Positions 56,847-64,000 of a DNA stretch of 64,000 nucleotides are shown in pieces. Each line of letters opens with the position of its first letter. The stretch's first letter is position 1. Made by a program: the position numbers and the translations under genes. The notes below the pieces were generated by a model that ran no database searches, was not told the origin of the DNA, and saw nothing but the letters and a program-made list of their open reading frames with translations. The DNA is from Candidatus Bathyarchaeia archaeon (GTDB lineage: Archaea; Thermoproteota; Bathyarchaeia; 40CM-2-53-6): positions 384,001-448,000 of the forward strand of contig JBEKVV010000001.1 in NCBI GenBank assembly GCA_049513715.1. Reading direction: 5' to 3'.

Positions 56847-58490
56847 ATGTCCCAGCAAAATATCCCCGTATTAATTCTCAAGGAAGGAACTCAACGTACG
56901 CAAGGCAGAGATGCACAACGCAATAACATTCTCGCAGCCAAAGTCGTTTCTGAAACCGTCCGAACCACACTCGGCCCACGAGGCATGGACAAGATGCTCG
57001 TGAGCGGCATCGGTGATGTGGTCATCACAAACGACGGCGCTACCATCATGAAAGAACTTGACGTCCAGCATCCCGCAGCGAAAATGCTCGTTGAAGTTGC
57101 CAAGACCCAAGATAATGAGGTCGGCGATGGAACGACAACCGCGGTTGTCTTAACAGGTGAGCTTTTGGAGAAGGCTGAAGCGCTGCTGGACAAGGATGTC
57201 CACCCCACCGTTATCGTCGAGGGGTACAAGAAAGCAGCCGATAAGGCCAGGGAAATTCTAGACACCCTCAGTGAAACGATCGACATCAACAACGCGGAAA
57301 CTCTAACAAGAATCGCCATGACCGCCATGAGCACGAAGGGGGTCACAGGTGCCAAAGACCACCTGGCCAAGATCGCCGTCGACGGAGCCCTCCAAGTCAA
57401 AGAGGTTAAGGATGGTAAGACAAAGGTCGACGTGGACTTGGTTAAGGTTCTGAAGAAGCATGGAAAGAGTTTGGAGGAAACCGAACTTGTCCGAGGAATC
57501 GTAATTGACAAGGAAATAGCTCACTCACAAATGCCGAAACGAACCCAAAACGCCAAAATCGCTCTTCTCAACGCCAAACTGGAGATCGAGAAGACCGAGT
57601 TCGATGCGAAAATTAACATCAACAGCCCCGACCAGATGAAACTCTTTCTAGACGAAGAGGAGCGCATGCTCAAGGAAATGACCGACGGGGTGGTTGAAAG
57701 CGGAGCAAACTTCGTTTTCTGCGAGAAATCCATCGACGACGTAGCACTACACTTCCTCTCCAAGAAGGGCGTCGCCGCAGTCAAGAACGTCAGCAGCGGA
57801 GACATGGAAAAACTGGCCAAAGCAACTGGCGCCAAGATCGTCGCCAGCATCAAAGACCTATCCTCAGCATCACTTGGAGAAGCCAAGATTATTGAGGAAA
57901 GTAAGATCGGAGACGACAAACTCATCTACGTTAGAGACGCCAAGAACCCCATGGCTGTCACCGTTGTGGTTCGTGGCGGAACAGAACACGTAGTCGACGA
58001 GGCCGAAAGGTCGTTGCATGATGCACTCTGCGTGGTACGAGACGCAATCGAAGACGGGAAGATCCTTGCAGGCGGAGGAGCGCCAGAGGCTGAAACAGCC
58101 AAACAACTCCGCGACTATGCCGTCAAAGTAGGTGGACGTGAGCAATTGGCCGTTGAGGCATTCGCTGACGCCATTGAAAGCGTCCCACTCGCACTAGCCG
58201 AGAACGCAGGACTCGACCCCATCGATGTAATGGTCGACCTCCGAGCCAAACACGAAGACCCTAACAACAAATGGTACGGCGTTGACGTGTTCGCTGGCGG
58301 AGTCAAAAACATGCATGACCTAAACGTCCTAGAACCACTCCGTGTCAAGCTCCAAGTCGTGAAATCTGCGACCGAAGCAGCCTCAATGATACTGAGAATC
58401 GATGACGTAGTTGCATCGAAGGGCGGTAAGGGAGGCAGGCCACCTATGCCACCTGGCGGACCAGGCGGAATGGGCGGCGGTGACTTCTAA
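56847..58490 (+). CDS. ths: Thermosome (group II chaperonin) subunit
   Basis: TLGPRGMDKML, TNDGATI, GDGTTT, GGM tail. Confidence 0.97.
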   Translation: MSQQNIPVLILKEGTQRTQGRDAQRNNILAAKVVSETVRTTLGPRGMDKMLVSGIGDVVITNDGATIMKELDVQHPAAKMLVEVAKTQDNEVGDGTTTAVVLTGELLEKAEALLDKDVHPTVIVEGYKKAADKAREILDTLSETIDINNAETLTRIAMTAMSTKGVTGAKDHLAKIAVDGALQVKEVKDGKTKVDVDLVKVLKKHGKSLEETELVRGIVIDKEIAHSQMPKRTQNAKIALLNAKLEIEKTEFDAKININSPDQMKLFLDEEERMLKEMTDGVVESGANFVFCEKSIDDVALHFLSKKGVAAVKNVSSGDMEKLAKATGAKIVASIKDLSSASLGEAKIIEESKIGDDKLIYVRDAKNPMAVTVVVRGGTEHVVDEAERSLHDALCVVRDAIEDGKILAGGGAPEAETAKQLRDYAVKVGGREQLAVEAFADAIESVPLALAENAGLDPIDVMVDLRAKHEDPNNKWYGVDVFAGGVKNMHDLNVLEPLRVKLQVVKSATEAASMILRIDDVVASKGGKGGRPPMPPGGPGGMGGGDF

Positions 58491-58505
58491 GCCGATCCTC
58501 CTATC

Positions 58506-58520
58506 CTTTTTCTTTCTTTT
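58506..58520 (+). terminator. Oligo-T terminator after thermosome gene
   Basis: T-rich run directly downstream of the stop codon. Confidence 0.5.
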
Positions 58521-58591
58521 CGAGCCTCTTCCTCATTCTCATTGAAGCTAAGTAGCACAGCTAATACTCAGCCTACGTAGGTTCGGAAGGG

Positions 58592-59707
58592 TTGGCTGTT
58601 TCAGCAGAACCAGTAGTGATTGTTGCGTCAGCGGAGTTTGCGTTGAAGAGCTCGCCCGTTCGACGAACCTTGGAGGATCGGCTTGTGGATGACCTAAGGA
58701 GCATGCTTGCTAAAGCAGGTTTTGCAGGTTTTTCCATTGAGAAACACGCTGCCAGAGTCGTGATAAGAGGCATCGGGGATGCAACCTTTGCCGCTCGATG
58801 CTGCGCAAAGGTCTTTGGCGTCGCGTATGCTGCGCCAGCAACGCTCCTTCCAGCCTCAATGGATGATGTTAATGTGGCAATCACCAAGGCCGCGGAGGAA
58901 AGTCTTGTGAAAGGACAGTCCTTCGCGATAAGAGCCCACCGTTCCTCGCCCAGCCCTCTCTCAAGGCGAGACATTGAGGTTCAGGGGGGTTCAGAGGTCC
59001 TCCGTGCCTTGAATGATAGAAACCCGAAGGTCGACCTTAGGCATCCAGACGTGACCATACTGGTTGACCTCGCGGGCGACCGTGCCTACGTCTACCGAAG
59101 CAAACTCCAGGGGCCAGGAGGGCTACCGCTTTCCTCGCAGTGGAAGATGTTGGCGATACTGGACTCGGGGCCACTGTCGATTCTCGCCGCATATGCGATG
59201 ATGCGACGAGGATGCCTGGTAGAGCTCCTGGTTCCCATATCTCAGAAGAGGGCGCTTTTTGAGAAGGAACGACAACTCCGGTGTGCGCGGATTCTAGGAG
59301 CATTCGTCGCCCGACCGAACTACAAAGCTTTCTTGCTGGATTTCGACGGACAACTCGCAGGTAAAGTCGAAGAGAATCCAAGCTATGCGGAATGCCGGCA
59401 TCTGGCACGGAGGATGGGTGTGCAGTTCGCAGGGCAGAAGAAGTTCAGAGGTATAGTCTTCTCCGATGTGGTGGGTGAGATCCTGCCTGAATCACAGATG
59501 CAGGACGCTACCAAGGCCGTGCCAGTTTTCACGCCTCTAATTGGAATGGATAAGGGAGACCTAGAGGACCTCTGTGCGTTGACGGGCATCGCGCGAGAGG
59601 ATCTGTCTTTGCAACTCGAACTCGAAAAAGACCCTTCAGAAGCAATCGGTCGAATGCCTGAGTTGGGGATCTTGACTGATGATGCGGTTCAAGAGCTCTT
59701 GTTCTAG
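58592..59707 (+). CDS. THUMP-domain ThiI-like protein, degenerate
   Basis: EFALKSSPVR, SFAIRAHR, KVDLRHPD, GPGGLP; PP-loop not intact. Confidence 0.75.
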   Translation: MAVSAEPVVIVASAEFALKSSPVRRTLEDRLVDDLRSMLAKAGFAGFSIEKHAARVVIRGIGDATFAARCCAKVFGVAYAAPATLLPASMDDVNVAITKAAEESLVKGQSFAIRAHRSSPSPLSRRDIEVQGGSEVLRALNDRNPKVDLRHPDVTILVDLAGDRAYVYRSKLQGPGGLPLSSQWKMLAILDSGPLSILAAYAMMRRGCLVELLVPISQKRALFEKERQLRCARILGAFVARPNYKAFLLDFDGQLAGKVEENPSYAECRHLARRMGVQFAGQKKFRGIVFSDVVGEILPESQMQDATKAVPVFTPLIGMDKGDLEDLCALTGIAREDLSLQLELEKDPSEAIGRMPELGILTDDAVQELLF

Positions 59708-60915
59708 GCTTCGGTTGCCAAGCCCATCACCAAATCACATGCTGTGGCGACGGCATGGATAGAGGCTGCAGCCTCCATAACACGTTGAGAGTTGGTCCGA
59801 TACTCATCGCTTCCCAGTATTCCTTCAACCGCCATACGCAAGGTTTCAATGTTCAACTTGTCCTGGTCTATCATCACGGCCACATGCAGGCTGACAGCTC
59901 TCCGAGCATTACTATACTGCTCCGTGTGGTCGGGGATAGGAACGAGGATCATTGGCTTTCCATATGAGAGTGATTTCATTATGGTTCCATGGCCTGCTCT
60001 GCTCACTACTATGTCACTCGCTTTGATGAAGTCGTCTTGGTTCTCAATCCAGTCGTAAACCCTCACACCGTTTCGCGAATACAGGCGTGCTCTACCACTC
60101 GGCTCGCCACGAGACATTACGACCGTGAATTTGCGTGAGATTTCGGGTAGCGCCTCAAGAAGAATGCGCGCTAGGATTTCGCGTTCGACCTTGGGGCCGC
60201 TTACCGCGGCGTATATGAGTGGCATTTTGTTGTCAAACCCCAGCCGACGCTTTGTCTGCTCTTGTTCATGTTTTGATGTCCGGTGTGTTTCCACGATTGG
60301 GCCTATGAGTTTCACTTTGCCGTTGTAGCTTCTTGGAATTGCGAGATTGTCTAGGGATATTGTGTATGGAGAGGGGAGGTCTGGGATGAGAATGAGTTGG
60401 CTTCGGCCCCAGACAAGTCCTATGGCTGTTCTGACGAAGCGCCAGCCGATATTTGCTATGACGAAAAACAGCCGGTCTAGGGGAGACAGACTGCGGCTGG
60501 ACGGGCGCCTGATGATTTCAACACTGAACTGATTCAGCATTAATGCAACCGGGATTCGCATCATCCTGGCCGCGATCAATGAAGATGCCCGGGAGTCCGA
60601 GAAGACTACGTCGGGTCTGAAATTCTTGAGAAATTGTATTTCACGCACGACTTGACGAAGAAGCATCCTAATGCCTAAGGAGAACCCGCTGGTCGCCGCC
60701 GTCATTTTGAAGTCTATTGTACCATCACTGGTGACTTTGAAATTGATCGGAACCGCCTCGTAAGTCGGTAGCTTGTTGTGCCGCGCATAGTCTAGTCCAT
60801 CGAGGTAGGTGGAGAAGACGGTTTCAATCCCGCGCCTGTTCAGTTCCGCGGCTATTGGGGCGGAGCGAGTCATGTGGCCTAGGCCGATTCCGCAAGGGGC
60901 CAGGTATACGCGCAA
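59704..60915 (-). CDS. GT-B glycosyltransferase (GT28/MurG-like)
   Basis: GIGLGHMTR, SRAGHGT, P...DHTEQYSNA. Confidence 0.88.
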   Translation of the reverse strand: MRVYLAPCGIGLGHMTRSAPIAAELNRRGIETVFSTYLDGLDYARHNKLPTYEAVPINFKVTSDGTIDFKMTAATSGFSLGIRMLLRQVVREIQFLKNFRPDVVFSDSRASSLIAARMMRIPVALMLNQFSVEIIRRPSSRSLSPLDRLFFVIANIGWRFVRTAIGLVWGRSQLILIPDLPSPYTISLDNLAIPRSYNGKVKLIGPIVETHRTSKHEQEQTKRRLGFDNKMPLIYAAVSGPKVEREILARILLEALPEISRKFTVVMSRGEPSGRARLYSRNGVRVYDWIENQDDFIKASDIVVSRAGHGTIMKSLSYGKPMILVPIPDHTEQYSNARRAVSLHVAVMIDQDKLNIETLRMAVEGILGSDEYRTNSQRVMEAAASIHAVATACDLVMGLATEA

Positions 60916-60917
60916 GC

Positions 60918-61568
60918 TTAGACTGCCCCGGTTGGTTTCCTTCTTACTTCGCCCGCTGGCTCGACCTCTTCGAAAATTTCACCTTCGAAGACCTTCACGG
61001 TTGTCCCTTCAAGAAGCCACGAGTCGGGGGGAAGCCCTGCCTTTAGGCAACAGTTAGTCAAGAACTCTGAGGCGTCCCAGTTCCATTCAGTCGCCACTTG
61101 GGGTAGCAGGAGCCCGGATTGGCCATGTGCCTCTACAATCAGGCCATGATGTCCCACTTTGATTTGACTAGGGAGTGCCTTTCGGTTGTTTGTATGTAAA
61201 GGCTGAGGTGGGGTAAGTACGGTTACTTCCACTATGATAGACTTCAGCTCTTCTAGCGAGACGGGGTTGAAGCGGGGGTCTTCTGTCGCGGCGTATATGG
61301 CCGCCTTAATTGTGCCATCCGCTAGGGGTTGGTCTGGGTAAGGGAAACCTATGCACCCACGCAGCTTATGGGTGGGTTTCACAGTGTTCAGAGTGACAAA
61401 TACGCCTGCGCTCCTGCTGAGTGCGTCAGAGGGGCCTTGGGGCTTGATTATTTCATGTCGCTCAAGATAGTCAGTGACCGCTTGGCGTGCTAGGTGGACG
61501 AGGCTTCTTCCCTCTTCTAAGGTTAGATAATGGTCTGTCTTTCTCTCGAGAGTTTTTCTCGTTATCAA
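60918..61568 (-). CDS. AMMECR1 family protein (AmmeMemoRadiSam protein A)
   Basis: GVFVTL, LRGCIG, DPRF, GLLLPQVA, CLKAGL; start uncertain. Confidence 0.92.
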   Translation of the reverse strand: MITRKTLERKTDHYLTLEEGRSLVHLARQAVTDYLERHEIIKPQGPSDALSRSAGVFVTLNTVKPTHKLRGCIGFPYPDQPLADGTIKAAIYAATEDPRFNPVSLEELKSIIVEVTVLTPPQPLHTNNRKALPSQIKVGHHGLIVEAHGQSGLLLPQVATEWNWDASEFLTNCCLKAGLPPDSWLLEGTTVKVFEGEIFEEVEPAGEVRRKPTGAV

Positions 61569-62016
61569 GCATATTCCTCGCGTCTGCAAGAGTCTGTTCT
61601 ATCTTTTTCCAGTGGCTTCCCTGCCAGTACACCTTGGCGCACTCTGGATTAGTGCAAACCCAGAAACTTTGATAGACTTTAAAAGTTGCTGGCGGAACTA
61701 AGCCCTCAACTTGATCCTTTGGCGTCTCTATTATCGCCCAACCGCAGATAGGACACCTAGAATTTGTTGTGTCAATTTGAAGGTTAAGCTTGTAACGTGC
61801 GGCCACTTCCGCGAGCCGCTCACTCTCACTTTTCCCCTGCACCAAGAACGATTCGATGCTACGCGAGGTCGCGGTGCGGTAGAGTTCTTCGTCAGAAGTC
61901 AGAAGAATCAATGAATCATGCTTCGCCAACGCAAGCAAGTCATGGTCCTCAGTATCGTTCAAGTATGTGGCTTCGTACCCAATCATCCGAAGCCATCTCG
62001 TGAGTTTTCCCAGCAT
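61471..62016 (-). CDS. Mut7-C RNase domain protein (PIN fold plus Zn ribbon)
   Basis: (FLLDG)MLGKLTRWLRMIGY, LLTSD, RCPIC, C..C.KVYWQGSH; start probably a few codons upstream. Confidence 0.88.
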   Translation of the reverse strand: MLGKLTRWLRMIGYEATYLNDTEDHDLLALAKHDSLILLTSDEELYRTATSRSIESFLVQGKSESERLAEVAARYKLNLQIDTTNSRCPICGWAIIETPKDQVEGLVPPATFKVYQSFWVCTNPECAKVYWQGSHWKKIEQTLADARNMLDNEKNSREKDRPLSNLRRGKKPRPPSTPSGH

Positions 62017-62021
62017 ACCAT

Positions 62022-63362
62022 CTAACAGGAAATGGAAAACCCATCACCCCTAATAACCGACCCGGCTGCAGGGCCGACTATCCTCCCCCTTTCGGCGACA
62101 AGTGTTCCGCCTACAATGGTGAAGGCGGCCCTACCGACGCACTCCACTCCCTTGAAGGGAGAGAATTTTGCCTTGCTCAGGAAATTCTCAGGCTTCACCC
62201 GAAACCTATCCTTCGGATCAACAAGAACTATGTCAGCATCGAAGCCTTCCGTCAAAGCGCCTTTTCCTTTCAAGCGAAAGATTTTCGAGGGGAGTGCCGC
62301 TGTTGCCTCAACGAGACGTTTCAAGGAAAGTCTTCTTTTCGTAACCTGAGTGAAGAGTACCGGGAGTGAAGTTTCCAGCCCAGGAACGCCCGTAGCTGCA
62401 TCCCAAGCGTTCGCTTTCGTTTTTTCGTCGAGTGTATGGGGCGCATGGTCGCTTGCTAGGATATTCACCTGGCCACCGGCAAATAGCCGCCATAGTTCGC
62501 GCCTGTTTTTTTCGCTTCTAATCGGTGGAACGCACATCGGAAGCGTTTTGAGTTTTCTAAAAACTGATTGGTTCAACAAGAGATGGTGCGCAGCAGCCTC
62601 GCATGTTGCGTTGGGGGTTCGAAGGATCCTCTTGACCGCATTCCGCACCGTAATGTGACAGAAATGGACACGTGGCAACTCACCCCTTCTCAGGCCAACA
62701 ATTCTCCGAACCGCTGCCAATTCAAACCTGGGATCATGAGCCTTCAGGAAATCTCGCACCGTTGTTCTACCTTCAGAAACTAATTCCTGCTGAACTCTAC
62801 GAATGCTGTCACACTCCTCCGCATGAACTGTGACCAAGACGTTGGATCGCCTCGCGCTTTGTAGGGCCTCCTGCAGGCTAGCCTGATTGCCTGAGTCGAA
62901 GGTTTCCAAAGCTTTGTTCATGTATAGTTTGAACGCGATTGCACCGGCCCTTTTCATTCGTTCGATTTCCACGAGGTCCGCTACTAAAGCGCATTGAAAG
63001 GCAACATTCGCGAACAGCCGACCTTCTGCCACGGATATTTTCTCTGTAAGTCTTTGGCTAGTAACTGTGGGAGGGCGTGTGTTCGGCATGTCGATTACAG
63101 TGGTGAATCCGCCAGCAGCAGCTGCCTGAGTCCCCGTTTCGAATGTTTCTTTGTAGGATAATTCCAAGTCGCGGAGGTGTACGTGGGCGTCAATCATGCC
63201 CGGAAGGGCGATTAACTTGCGGCCGTCAATCGTGAGGTCGGCTCTTTGTGTCGGGCGAAGTTTGGAGATCCGTTTTATCACGCCATCCTCTGTGAGAATG
63301 TGCGCGGTGGTCATTTCGTCGTTGATTTGAATTTTCGGGGATTCGATTAGGATTGATGGCAA
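62022..63362 (-). CDS. pyrC: Dihydroorotase family amidohydrolase
   Basis: DAHVHLR, AAAGGFTTVIDMPNT, SDHAPH, GFDAD. Confidence 0.85.
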   Translation of the reverse strand: MPSILIESPKIQINDEMTTAHILTEDGVIKRISKLRPTQRADLTIDGRKLIALPGMIDAHVHLRDLELSYKETFETGTQAAAAGGFTTVIDMPNTRPPTVTSQRLTEKISVAEGRLFANVAFQCALVADLVEIERMKRAGAIAFKLYMNKALETFDSGNQASLQEALQSARRSNVLVTVHAEECDSIRRVQQELVSEGRTTVRDFLKAHDPRFELAAVRRIVGLRRGELPRVHFCHITVRNAVKRILRTPNATCEAAAHHLLLNQSVFRKLKTLPMCVPPIRSEKNRRELWRLFAGGQVNILASDHAPHTLDEKTKANAWDAATGVPGLETSLPVLFTQVTKRRLSLKRLVEATAALPSKIFRLKGKGALTEGFDADIVLVDPKDRFRVKPENFLSKAKFSPFKGVECVGRAAFTIVGGTLVAERGRIVGPAAGSVIRGDGFSISC

Positions 63363-63420
63363 GTAATTGCTGGCACCGACTGCGGGCGAATTATAGTCGC
63401 CAGCAGTTTAAGGCAGCTGT

Positions 63421-63999
63421 TTACTCTTCTTCGTCGGGTTCCGGCAAGTCGGCTAGGCAATCTTCGCAGAGGAACTGCCCGTCTTGGGATTTGAGTTCGT
63501 CTGCCCACGAGCCGCAACGGTCACAATAGCCCGAGAGCGGAGCGCCCTCCTTGACTCGAGTAACGGGTTCAATTTGCGATTTCTCGGTGATGACATCGAT
63601 CAGAGCGGGCGTAATGTCTACGATGTCATTGCTTGTGATGATGCCCATCAGTTTGTTGCCTTGCAAGACAATTAGGCGTCTGATCTTGAGCTCTCGCATC
63701 TTCTTCGCTGCGTCGGTCACACTTGCCGATGATTCAACTGTGGCCGGCGGTTTTGTCATTGACTTCCCAGCTTGAACTTTGCTGGGCAACATGTCGAGTG
63801 CGGAAACCCTTCGCACAATATCCCTTTCGGTGATAATCCCACGAGGGTTGCCGGTCTTATCGACTACAACTACGCAGCCGATTTCATTCTTCTTCATCAG
63901 CTTGGCGGCCGCAAGCACCGTATCCGTATCTTTGATTGTGACGACGGGGCTTGACATCACGTCATCTACTTTAACGTCGGGCGTGCTCGTCTTCGGCAA
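63421..63999 (-). CDS. CBS-pair protein with C-terminal zinc ribbon
   Basis: Two CBS domains, GYCDRCG...LCEDC. Confidence 0.88.
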   Translation of the reverse strand: MPKTSTPDVKVDDVMSSPVVTIKDTDTVLAAAKLMKKNEIGCVVVVDKTGNPRGIITERDIVRRVSALDMLPSKVQAGKSMTKPPATVESSASVTDAAKKMRELKIRRLIVLQGNKLMGIITSNDIVDITPALIDVITEKSQIEPVTRVKEGAPLSGYCDRCGSWADELKSQDGQFLCEDCLADLPEPDEEE

Positions 64000-64000
64000 A

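Noticed and set aside
40396..61568. MEMO1 plus AMMECR1 as a clustered AmmeMemoRadiSam system
   Set aside because: The genes are 20 kb apart, no radical SAM partner is in the window, and MEMO1 after rps2 is ordinary archaeal synteny

Overview
Archaeal chromosome segment. The TACK/Thermoproteota assignment (Bathyarchaeia-like) is inferred from a crenarchaeal-type SSB, a cbf5 mRNA intron, multi-intron tRNAs and an Fe-S-type Rpo3. It holds a fragmented ribosomal-protein/RNA polymerase superoperon (11.3-40.4 kb) missing uL3, uL2, uS8, uL18, uL30 and uS11 from their usual slots. It also carries a large mevalonate/ether-lipid cluster (41.4-53.9 kb), housekeeping genes (metK, valS, gltX, thermosome, pyrC) and two tRNA-Ser genes with two introns each. 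The main discovery candidate is a ~4.2 kb integrated element (22643-26878). It is bounded by a 13-bp direct repeat that looks like the BRE/TATA box of the rpl15 promoter and has subterminal inverted repeats. It encodes an atypical tyrosine recombinase (box-I Arg replaced by Gly), a Cys-rich microprotein, a divergent RHH/wHTH pair and a PD-(D/E)XK nuclease. A second homologous Arg-to-Gly recombinase, absent from the ORF track, sits at the left edge (<1-715) head-to-head with metK. The isoprenoid operon encodes two parallel routes from mevalonate 5-phosphate to isopentenyl phosphate. All calls come from motif recognition by eye; no database searches were run.
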